Shown: positions 29,702 through 37,934 of the stretch, piece after piece
Numbering within the stretch: position 1 is the first letter of the stretch
Layout of the letters: every line of letters starts with the position of its first letter
Assembly: GCA_020341755.1 (NCBI GenBank)
Contig: CP070834.1
Location: 1-56,436 of the forward strand
Length of the DNA: 56,436 bases
From: a candidate division WOR-3 bacterium
GTDB taxonomy: Bacteria; Hydrothermota; Tepidihabitantia; SM23-42
Reading direction: 5' to 3'
Translations under genes and position numbers: made by a program
Notes under the pieces: model-generated
Told to the model about the DNA's origin: nothing
The model's database searches: none
The model's input: only the letters and a program-made list of their open reading frames with translations

Positions 29702-30781
29702 ATGAATGAAACGTTCGACCTTATCCATTTACTCACGGTCGAAAAACTGACCGAAACGAAACTACTCACACTTCTGGAGAAATTCAAGACTCCAGCAGCA
29801 ATAAAAAATGCGCCGACGGGCACCGTCGCCGAACTCGTCGGAAAAAATATCGCCTCCATGATTGCTTCGCTGAAGATAGATGATACGGTTAAACGTCGAT
29901 ACGAACTCGTCCAGCGGCTCAACATCCGTGTCGTTACGTATACCTCACCGTGGTACCCCGCATGGCTGAGGACCGTCGATCACTTCCCGCCGGTCCTGTT
30001 CATTAGGGGTGAAATTACCGCCGCTGATGAGACGGCAGTCGGCGTAATAGGTACGCGGGGCGCTACGGTTTACGGCAAGCATATTGCCGAGACCTTTTCA
30101 GAAACGTTTGCCCGGGCACGGGTGACCGTGGTGAGTGGCATGGCACGGGGTGTCGATACAGCCTCCCATAGAGGCGCGCTCAAGGCCGGCGGACGTACCA
30201 TTGCGGTTCTGGGGTGCGGCGTTGACCGGTGCTATCCACCCGAGAACAGAAAATTGATGGACGAGATAATAATGAGCGGTGCGGTCATCTCTGAATTCGC
30301 GGTCGGTACACCACCGCGGCCCCAGAATTTTCCAAAACGGAATCGCATTATTTCCGCTCTATCGAAAGCGATCGTCGCTATCGAAGCAAAAGAAAAGAGC
30401 GGGGTCATGAATACGGTAAGCTGGGCTGTACAGCAGAACAAAGACGTCTATGCGATTCCCGGGAACATCTACTCACGAACGTCGACCGGGACCAACCGGC
30501 TCATCAAAGAAGGCGCCATCCCGGTCACTTCGGCTGAAGAGATCCTTGAGCTCATGGGCATTACACACCAGGCAGTAGCATTAGATGAAAAACAGATATC
30601 GCTCACAGAATCCGAGCAGACCGTATGGGACCACTTGACCTGCGAGCCGATCTATCTCGATGTGCTTTCAGAAAAACTAGATCAACCGACCGGTTCGATC
30701 CTCAATGTCTTACTGGGGTTGGAAATAAAGGGATTGGTGCGGCAACTTCCCGGAATGATGTTCGTAAAGAATTTCGAGTAG
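29702..30781 (+). CDS. dprA: DNA-processing protein DprA (Smf)
   Basis: VVSGMARGVDTASHRGAL Rossmann-like DprA core and a C-terminal winged-helix-like tail. Confidence 0.88.
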   Translation: MNETFDLIHLLTVEKLTETKLLTLLEKFKTPAAIKNAPTGTVAELVGKNIASMIASLKIDDTVKRRYELVQRLNIRVVTYTSPWYPAWLRTVDHFPPVLFIRGEITAADETAVGVIGTRGATVYGKHIAETFSETFARARVTVVSGMARGVDTASHRGALKAGGRTIAVLGCGVDRCYPPENRKLMDEIIMSGAVISEFAVGTPPRPQNFPKRNRIISALSKAIVAIEAKEKSGVMNTVSWAVQQNKDVYAIPGNIYSRTSTGTNRLIKEGAIPVTSAEEILELMGITHQAVALDEKQISLTESEQTVWDHLTCEPIYLDVLSEKLDQPTGSILNVLLGLEIKGLVRQLPGMMFVKNFE

Positions 30782-30818
30782 CGACCTTACGCAGAACCGA
30801 TCGCTCATCTCACAACAC

Positions 30819-32060
30819 TTACGTACCGATCTTCCAGGAGCTTAAGTATTCCTTTTGCTCTGGCGTGAGCCGGTCTATCTTTATCCTCATTGATTTGAGT
30901 TTCAGCCGAGCGATACGTTCGTCAATGCTATGCGGCAGGTTGTACACCTTTGATTCGAGACCTGGATGTTTCAAGATGAATTCCACTGCCAATGCCTGGT
31001 TCGCGAACGACATATCCATAACCATTGCCGGATGCCCCTCAGCCGCTGAAAGATTGACCAGCCGTCCCTCGGCAAGAAGATAAATGCGCTTTCCATTTTT
31101 AAGCATGTATTCTTCACAGAAGTCCCGCATGATGCGTTTCTTTTTCGTAAGCAAACGCAGCGCCTCTTTGTCTATCTCGACATCGAAATGGCCGGAATTG
31201 CAGATAACTGCACCGTCTTTCATTTTCCGCATATGTTCTTTCCTGATGACGTGAATATCTCCGGTCACCGTAACGAAAACGTCACCGAGTTCAGCCGCCC
31301 GGTTCATAGGCAACACCGTATACCCGTCCATCCGTGCTTCCAGTGCCTTCACCGGGTCTACCTCTGTCACGACCACGCTGGCCCCCAAACCCTTTGCCCT
31401 CATCGCGAGACCTCGACCGCACCAGCCGTACCCTGCAACCACAAACGTACAGCCACTAATCAGGATATTTGTTGCCCGCAAGATGCCATCGATGGTCGAC
31501 TGTCCCGTACCGTAGCGATTATCGAAAAGATGCTTTGTCAGAGAATCGTTTACTGCAATGATCGGGAACCGAAGGACCCGGTCACGCTCCATCTGCTTCA
31601 ATCGGATGACACCGGTCGTCGTCTCTTCGGTACCGCCGAGTAACCCCTCTTTTTTCTTTTTATGCAACGTTGATATTAGATCTGCTCCATCATCGATAAC
31701 GACCTCAGGACCACGTTTGATCACCTGAGACATATGCCGGTAGTAATCGGTCCGGGATTCACCCTTGCATGCAAATACCGCGATACCATCCTGTGCCAGG
31801 GCAGCGGCAACATCATCCTGTGTCGAAAGGGGATTCGATGCGGTCAGCGAAACCTCGGCACCCCCTGTTTTCAGCGTTCTTATAAGGTTTGCTGTTTCAG
31901 TGGTGACGTGAAGACAGCAGCCGATCCGTCTCTTTCTCAATGGCTTTTCTTTCGCGAAGCGTTTGCGGATCAATCTGAGTACGGGCATCATGGATTCTGC
32001 CCATTCGATCTTCCGTCGTCCCTGAGGTGCTAACTTTTTATCCCGGATATGGTATTTCAT
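30819..32060 (-). CDS. ahcY: Adenosylhomocysteinase (short type)
   Basis: [13 protein letters not shown] and the [11 protein letters not shown]-binding motif. Confidence 0.92.
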   Translation of the reverse strand: MKYHIRDKKLAPQGRRKIEWAESMMPVLRLIRKRFAKEKPLRKRRIGCCLHVTTETANLIRTLKTGGAEVSLTASNPLSTQDDVAAALAQDGIAVFACKGESRTDYYRHMSQVIKRGPEVVIDDGADLISTLHKKKKEGLLGGTEETTTGVIRLKQMERDRVLRFPIIAVNDSLTKHLFDNRYGTGQSTIDGILRATNILISGCTFVVAGYGWCGRGLAMRAKGLGASVVVTEVDPVKALEARMDGYTVLPMNRAAELGDVFVTVTGDIHVIRKEHMRKMKDGAVICNSGHFDVEIDKEALRLLTKKKRIMRDFCEEYMLKNGKRIYLLAEGRLVNLSAAEGHPAMVMDMSFANQALAVEFILKHPGLESKVYNLPHSIDERIARLKLKSMRIKIDRLTPEQKEYLSSWKIGT

Positions 32061-32115
32061 ATCTCTCCTTTCATCAAACCTGTATCTGACACGATATGAG
32101 AAACGTGATGTGCCT

Positions 32116-33255
32116 TTACATGAGTTCCCGTTTCAAGGCATCCGCCATATCGGTGATTTCCCAGGTAAATCCGTCTTCATCGCGACCAAAATGACCATAG
32201 CACGCAGTACGCGTGTATATCGGTCTGCGCAGCATTAATTTGTCAATGATCCCCTGTGGTGTGAAATCGAACATCTTTTTCACGACCTCCTCAATCCGCT
32301 TGTCATCGACCTTACCTGTACCATTGGTATCGACCGAAACGGCGATCGGTTCCTTGACGCCTATGGCGTAGGACAGTGCAATGTCGACTTTCCTGCATAC
32401 CCCGGATGCTACGATATTCTTGGCAACATAACGAGCCATATATGAAGCCGAGCGGTCCACCTTGGTCGGGTCTTTACCGGAAAAACACCCTCCGCCGTGA
32501 TGACCGATGCCGCCGTACGTATCAACCATGATCTTGCGACCGGTCACACCGGTATCGCCCTGCGGGCCACCGATGACAAACCTGCCGGTCGGATTAATAA
32601 GTATTTTTGTCTTCCCGTCCAGCAATTCCCTGGGCACGATCTCACCAATAACGTGGCGTTTAACATCTTCGAAAATCGTTTCATATTTCACATCGGTATG
32701 GTGCTGAGCCGATACAATGATCGTATGGATCCGCTGCGGTTTTCCATCCTCATATTCAACGGTAACCTGTGCCTTACCATCAGGGTGCAGGTAATCTACG
32801 ACACGCGTTTTCCTTATCCTGGTGAGTTGTCGAACGAGCTTGTGGGCGAGCATGATTGGAAGCGGCATGAGTTCTTCTGTTTCGTTAACGGCGAACCCGT
32901 ACATCATTCCCTGGTCACCCGCACCGCCAATATCCACACCCAGCGCGATGTCTTTTGATTGTTCCTGGATTGCCTCGATCACCGCACAGGTATCAGCATC
33001 GATACCCATGTCGGTATCACTATACCCTATTTCACAGAGCAGAGACCGTACGATATCGGGGATCGAGACATAGCAATCGGTCGAGATCTCGCCAGCCACA
33101 AATATCAAACCACGGGTGGCGAGTGTTTCCAGCGCAACCCGACCCTCGGGATCCTCTTTCATTATCGAATCGAGCACGGCATCAGAAACCTGATCGCAGA
33201 TTTTGTCCGGGTGTCCTTCGGTAACAGATTCTGACGTCACTAAGTATCGAGCCAT
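32116..33255 (-). CDS. metK: S-adenosylmethionine synthase
   Basis: [32 protein letters not shown] and [16 protein letters not shown]. The start at 33255 is preceded by AAGGAG. The track extension to 33342 is rejected. Confidence 0.93.
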   Translation of the reverse strand: MARYLVTSESVTEGHPDKICDQVSDAVLDSIMKEDPEGRVALETLATRGLIFVAGEISTDCYVSIPDIVRSLLCEIGYSDTDMGIDADTCAVIEAIQEQSKDIALGVDIGGAGDQGMMYGFAVNETEELMPLPIMLAHKLVRQLTRIRKTRVVDYLHPDGKAQVTVEYEDGKPQRIHTIIVSAQHHTDVKYETIFEDVKRHVIGEIVPRELLDGKTKILINPTGRFVIGGPQGDTGVTGRKIMVDTYGGIGHHGGGCFSGKDPTKVDRSASYMARYVAKNIVASGVCRKVDIALSYAIGVKEPIAVSVDTNGTGKVDDKRIEEVVKKMFDFTPQGIIDKLMLRRPIYTRTACYGHFGRDEDGFTWEITDMADALKRELM

Positions 33256-33271
33256 GTGTCTCCTTTCGTGA

Positions 33272-33299
33272 ATTATATATGGAATATGCAATAAATCAA
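33272..33299 (-). promoter_or_regulatory. Sigma70-type promoter for metK-ahcY
   Basis: Minus strand reads TTGATT (33299-33294), 16 nt, TATAAT (33277-33272). ATG lies 17 nt downstream, with an SD in between. Confidence 0.65.
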
Positions 33300-33303
33300 G
33301 GGG

Positions 33304-33427
33304 ACAGGCTACTTTTTGAAATACCGTGATTGAACAATTCATGTACGGACATTCTTACGTCCTGCGGGAGCTATGGTTTAGAGAATAGTGTATCCTAATC
33401 CATTTGAGTTCACAAAAAGTAGCCTGT
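33304..33427. repeat. Perfect 15-bp inverted repeat (ACAGGCTACTTTTTG / CAAAAAGTAGCCTGT) separated by 94 bp, between divergent promoters
   Basis: Arms at 33304-33318 and 33413-33427, verified base by base. Confidence 0.9.
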
Positions 33428-33441
33428 ATCCTCTTGTCGCC

Positions 33442-33469
33442 TTGACAGAGTAGAAGGCACCCGTATAAT
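33442..33469 (+). promoter_or_regulatory. Perfect consensus sigma70 promoter for the TonB-dependent receptor block
   Basis: TTGACA 33442-33447, 16 nt, TATAAT 33464-33469. AAGGAGG SD before ATG 33491. Confidence 0.7.
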
Positions 33470-33490
33470 ATAGCGACAAAAGGAGGATTA

Positions 33491-36079
33491 ATGATACATG
33501 GTCTCATTGCCCTTGCCATCATAAGCAGTATCAGCGGTAAGATCCAGGGCACCGTAACCGATGAGCAAACCGGCGAGCCCATTGCCTATGTCGATGTCAT
33601 GCTGGTCGGCACCGAACGAGGCGCTGCAACAGATGAACGAGGTAACTTTTACTTACTCGATGTTCAGGCAGGAACATACACGGTCGAAGTGTCCTGCCTG
33701 GGTTACGGCACGAAGATCATCGAAGACGTTCGTGTTGAAATTGACCAGACTGCACGCTTGTACGTTTCTCTAAAACAAACACCTATCGAGATCGCCCCCG
33801 TTACCGTCACCAGCGAACTGCCACCCGTGAAAAAAGATATGATCGGTACAACCTATATCGTCCGGAAAGACGAACTCACGACACTACCGATCGATTACAC
33901 GACCGAACTCGTTGCTTTCCAACCGGCGGTGGCGCGCGCCGATACGGCACTCCATGTCCGCGGTGGACGGGCGACCGAGGTTCTGTATCTGATCGACAAT
34001 GTCTCGATCCTCGACCCCCAAACCGGTGACCCCGCTATCTATGTCTCGAAAGGCGTGATCGACGAGATCATCTTCCTGCCCGGCGGATTCGATGTGGAAT
34101 ACGGCAGGGCGATGTCCGGCGTGATCAATCTGATAACAACATTCCCCTCGGACAGACTCCGCGCTCGGGTCTACGGAAAAACCGAGCGCATCATGCCGTT
34201 TTACTATGATTTTGGATATGAAACCTATCAGGGATCCGTGCATCTTCCGATAACAAAGTGGCTGCGCGGATTCGTAGCTGCCGATATGATGCATACTGAC
34301 GACTGGAACCCGCGCTTGTATATTCGGCCCCACAAACAGCGTGACGATTACTCCTTGTATGGCAAACTGTTCATAACGCCTTCCAACAACCTCAAACTCA
34401 CGGCAAGTACTGCCCTGTCGCGCATGCAGTTCGACCGGTACAACACACGATGGATGTTCAATCTCGACAATTACCGTTCAGACATGCGAAAGGGTGACCT
34501 CGAGGTCGTGACCATGAGATTCCTGCCGGACCAGCGCAAGCTCTTTTCACTCACCCTGAGCCGGCTTAATACCACGCGCACGTACGGTGTGAGAGAACCC
34601 GGTGATACTGACCCGTTTACAGATTTCACGTTCAAGGAGTATCAAACACTGCAATGGCCCCACAGCAGTAACAATAATCCGTTCGGTGCGGATTTGCCCG
34701 CTCTTCCGATCGAGGGTGACTATCAAGAGTATCAGGTAAAAACATCAGAAGTCATGAGGGCAAACTTCAATTCAATCCTCCAGCTCCATGAATATCATGA
34801 ATTTAAAATAGGTGGTGAGTACACCTATCAGGAGTTCGATAATTTCACCTATTTCATCAGTGATTCTGTGAATCCCACTATTGACGAGTATCAATATGCT
34901 CCGCGGGAATACGCTGCGTATATTCAGGATAACATCGATTACCAGGGGCTCTATGCAAAACTGGGATGCCGGATCGATTATTTTGATAAGGACCCCCGGG
35001 ATGTCATTCTACCGGGCAGCAATGACACCGTGAATGTAGAGCCGGTTCTCGCGGTCTCGCCGCGCATCGGTTTTTCTTTCCTCGTGACGGAGAATTTTTT
35101 GTTCCGGGCAAATATCGGCCGTTATGTCCAACCGCCTCTCTACGATTACATGTACAGTTACTACAGTTTAGTACCATTTCCTCCCTATATTAATTTCGTA
35201 CCGCTCATCGGTAATCCCCTGCTCGAACCCGAGATCACCATGAGCTATGAGATCGGTCTCCAGGGTCAGGTTACGGAGAACATGAGTCTTACGGTTAATG
35301 CCTTTAACAAAGATGTCAGCAATCTTATCGGTTCTGTATTCACAGAATATGATGTCGATCAGCACTATGCGCAGTACGGAAATATCGAGTTTGCCAATGT
35401 CAGGGGTATCGAGACGATCTTCGAGTTCGTCGATAATATCTTCGCTGGTAAAATATCGTACACCCTGTCCTGGGCGCGCGGCACGAGCTCCTATGCATCC
35501 GAGGTCTGGTTTCAGTATTATTACTATCAAGACTACGATCCGGAAATGCTGTTCACGCCTGCTTCCCAGGATTATTACCTTGATTTTGACCAGCGCCACC
35601 GCATCTTCCTCCAGGGTATGGTCAATCTTCCGGCTCAGTTCCAATTCTTCGTGCTCGGGTATCTGGGCAGCGGATTTCCCTACACACCGCCTGGTGAGAT
35701 CGGCAAGACCGAGGACCGCAACACCCTCCGGCTCACATTCCAGCGCCAGATCGACTGCGTACTGAGCAAGACGTTCACTATCGCCGGCCTGAAACTAGAT
35801 GCCCAGTTCGAAGTCATCAATCTCCTCGACGCCCGCTATGAAATCACTACGCATTATCCCATCATCAGACTCGAGGCCATTAAACCCTGGGATTTTGAAG
35901 ATTTCATTCCGATCGGCAATCCATACTACCACCCGGCAGCCGATGAGAATCATGACGGCCTGGTCACGCCTGACGAGGATTACCGCGCGTACAGGGATTG
36001 TGTTGCCGCGACCGATGACTGGATCAATGCAAATTCTGCGCCGCGCAGGGCACGCATAGGAGTCTCTGTGCAACTGTAA
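33491..36079 (+). CDS. TonB-dependent receptor-like outer-membrane beta-barrel with N-terminal CarboxypepD_reg domain
   Basis: GKIQGTVTDEQTGEPIAYVDVMLVGTERGAATDERGNFYLLDVQAGTYTVEVSCLGYG (carboxypeptidase-regulatory-like fold), a plug-like region, and a long aromatic-rich barrel. Confidence 0.8.
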   Translation: MIHGLIALAIISSISGKIQGTVTDEQTGEPIAYVDVMLVGTERGAATDERGNFYLLDVQAGTYTVEVSCLGYGTKIIEDVRVEIDQTARLYVSLKQTPIEIAPVTVTSELPPVKKDMIGTTYIVRKDELTTLPIDYTTELVAFQPAVARADTALHVRGGRATEVLYLIDNVSILDPQTGDPAIYVSKGVIDEIIFLPGGFDVEYGRAMSGVINLITTFPSDRLRARVYGKTERIMPFYYDFGYETYQGSVHLPITKWLRGFVAADMMHTDDWNPRLYIRPHKQRDDYSLYGKLFITPSNNLKLTASTALSRMQFDRYNTRWMFNLDNYRSDMRKGDLEVVTMRFLPDQRKLFSLTLSRLNTTRTYGVREPGDTDPFTDFTFKEYQTLQWPHSSNNNPFGADLPALPIEGDYQEYQVKTSEVMRANFNSILQLHEYHEFKIGGEYTYQEFDNFTYFISDSVNPTIDEYQYAPREYAAYIQDNIDYQGLYAKLGCRIDYFDKDPRDVILPGSNDTVNVEPVLAVSPRIGFSFLVTENFLFRANIGRYVQPPLYDYMYSYYSLVPFPPYINFVPLIGNPLLEPEITMSYEIGLQGQVTENMSLTVNAFNKDVSNLIGSVFTEYDVDQHYAQYGNIEFANVRGIETIFEFVDNIFAGKISYTLSWARGTSSYASEVWFQYYYYQDYDPEMLFTPASQDYYLDFDQRHRIFLQGMVNLPAQFQFFVLGYLGSGFPYTPPGEIGKTEDRNTLRLTFQRQIDCVLSKTFTIAGLKLDAQFEVINLLDARYEITTHYPIIRLEAIKPWDFEDFIPIGNPYYHPAADENHDGLVTPDEDYRAYRDCVAATDDWINANSAPRRARIGVSVQL

Positions 36080-36080
36080 G

Positions 36081-36527
36081 ATGGAAGTATTTATGAGAGA
36101 ATCTTGTTCATTAAAGAACCACAGGTACGCAGCTTGTATTATAATAGTTTTAATAAGCATATCGATTCTGGCGTGCCGGGACCCACAAGATTTCCAGCCA
36201 GATGACCCGTACACAGAAGCACCTGCGCCGCCCGACTTCATATATCCGCTCCCGGACACGACGGTCAATGGTACGGTGGTCAGTGTCTATTTCAGCTGGA
36301 ACGCAGTTGCCAGGGCAGAATCGTACGAGATACAATACGACACGTCTTTGACCTGGCCCAGTGACTGGCGGCAGACCGCGACCGCATCACCGTGTTATAT
36401 CTCGGTACGCCGATATGCTTATACCACGGTGTATTACTGCCGCATTCGTGCGCTCAGCGCATCCTGGCTGGAGGGACACACCGAGTGGTCGCAAACAAGA
36501 AAGTTCTTCGTAAAACCTGAGGGATAA
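36081..36527 (+). CDS. Fn3-like lipoprotein, paralog A
   Basis: Lipobox ISILAC. PDDPY...WNAVARAESYEIQYDTSL...YYCRIRALSASWLEGHTEWSQTRKFFVKPE aligns closely with the next gene. Confidence 0.7.
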   Translation: MEVFMRESCSLKNHRYAACIIIVLISISILACRDPQDFQPDDPYTEAPAPPDFIYPLPDTTVNGTVVSVYFSWNAVARAESYEIQYDTSLTWPSDWRQTATASPCYISVRRYAYTTVYYCRIRALSASWLEGHTEWSQTRKFFVKPEG

Positions 36528-36593
36528 GAGCATTATGTGTAATACTATAATAAAGGATATGATCAAATCATTTTCAGGAGGTGCAATATTTAT

Positions 36594-37013
36594 TTGAGGA
36601 AGAAAATCATCTGGACATGCTTTGCGTTGTATATGGCTCTGGCACTGAGTTGTAAGGACCCGACCGGCTATGAACCTGACGATCCCTATGTTCCTACGCC
36701 TGATCCGCCGACCATTGTGTATCCCGTCGCTGATACATCATTCAATGCTACAATCGGAGTACCGATCATGGTCCTGTTCGACTGGACCGCGGTCTCAGGT
36801 GCAGAAGCATATGAAATACAGCACGATACCGCACTAACCTTCCCCACAGATACGAGTGATGTCGTCCAGGCAGCACCTGCGTACCTTGCGTTTTACCGAT
36901 ATACCTATATCACCACCAGTTACTACAGGATCAGAGCGCTCAGTGCTTCGTGGGAAGAAGGGCATACCGAATGGTCGGAAACACGGAGATTTTATATCAA
37001 ACCAGAATCCTGA
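36594..37013 (+). CDS. Fn3-like lipoprotein, paralog B
   Basis: Lipobox ALALSC. PDDPY...WTAVSGAEAYEIQHDTAL...YYRIRALSASWEEGHTEWSETRRFYIKPE. TTG start after AGGAGG. Confidence 0.7.
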   Translation: MRKKIIWTCFALYMALALSCKDPTGYEPDDPYVPTPDPPTIVYPVADTSFNATIGVPIMVLFDWTAVSGAEAYEIQHDTALTFPTDTSDVVQAAPAYLAFYRYTYITTSYYRIRALSASWEEGHTEWSETRRFYIKPES

Positions 37014-37037
37014 TGTATTGTCTTGGAGATCATGAGT

Positions 37038-37889
37038 ATGACCCTTGGCGAGCCTGTCTTTCTGCGTAATTTAAAACTATTCCCGATCCATGACGACCAC
37101 CCCTCTTCGGGTAACGGCAACTATACCACTGTTGATGAAGTGCTGAAGTCTAAAAAAGGAGCATTTCACGAACTCGATACTCCCGACATCAACACGATCA
37201 GTTTCGAGAATGATTCTGACTCACCGGTCGTCATGATCGATGGCGAGGAAATCACCGGAGCATTCCAGAACCGCATCATCGCTGCGTCATCCCTCGTTGA
37301 GAGCCACACTTCCCGTGAGCTAGCCGTAATCTGCGCAGAGGAAGGACGTTGGAACGAGATCGGCGGCTTTCGCAGCGGACAGTGTTCGTATCCCCGGCTG
37401 CGTTCGGTCTTGGCCAAATCCCGTAGTCAGAAAAAGGATGCACAGCAGCATGTCTGGAACGAGATCGAAAGAAAACTGACCGTCACGAAGACCCGTTCGA
37501 CAACATCATCCATGCATGACATCTTTGTCTCGCTCGATGACGAAGTCCATCGTTACCTGGAAGGATTCACGGGTCTCGATGGTCAAACGGTCGGCTTCAT
37601 AGGCTGTGCCGGTGACCGCATTCTCGGATGTGATATTTTCTGCCAACCCTCGCTGTACCGCAATTTTGAAAAAAAACTCATCAGAAGTTATGCACTCGAT
37701 GCACTCGAATACCAACGGACTGCGAACCGCCCACTGGATGTCACTCGTTTCCTTGACAGCATTAGCAAAGCGCTTCACGCCAGAAGTATCCGCAGACGTC
37801 ACATGCACATAACGACGAAGATTGTGAGAGGACAGGCCCTCGTGCACAATAAGCGACCCGTCCATGTTTCGGCGTTCCCTGCACGGTGA
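37038..37889 (+). CDS. ARPP-1 / DUF6569-like protein (assignment from remembered motif pattern)
   Basis: NLKLFPI, VVMIDGEEITGAFQNRI, ICAEEGRWN, VWNEIERKL, GQTVGFIGCAGDRILGCDIF and KLIRSYALDALEY follow the motif order I associate with this family. The start is ambiguous (TTG 37023, ATG 37032, ATG 37038). GGAG lies 9 nt before 37038. Confidence 0.6.
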   Translation: MTLGEPVFLRNLKLFPIHDDHPSSGNGNYTTVDEVLKSKKGAFHELDTPDINTISFENDSDSPVVMIDGEEITGAFQNRIIAASSLVESHTSRELAVICAEEGRWNEIGGFRSGQCSYPRLRSVLAKSRSQKKDAQQHVWNEIERKLTVTKTRSTTSSMHDIFVSLDDEVHRYLEGFTGLDGQTVGFIGCAGDRILGCDIFCQPSLYRNFEKKLIRSYALDALEYQRTANRPLDVTRFLDSISKALHARSIRRRHMHITTKIVRGQALVHNKRPVHVSAFPAR

Positions 37890-37934
37890 AACGCTTCACC
37901 CTGCAGGATGTTACCATAAACGACCCCTCATGCC

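Noticed and set aside
33256-33440. Possible SAM or SAH riboswitch upstream of metK-ahcY
   Set aside because: The metK promoter -10 lies only 17 nt from the ATG, so there is no room for an aptamer in the leader. I saw no SAM-I/II/SAH-like conserved segments in the intergenic region, and the 32061-32115 spacer before ahcY is also too short.
33355-33582. 75-aa minus-strand ORF spanning the metK/receptor intergenic region
   Set aside because: It crosses the plus-strand promoter and the start of the TonB-dependent receptor gene. It has no SD and no recognisable sequence features.
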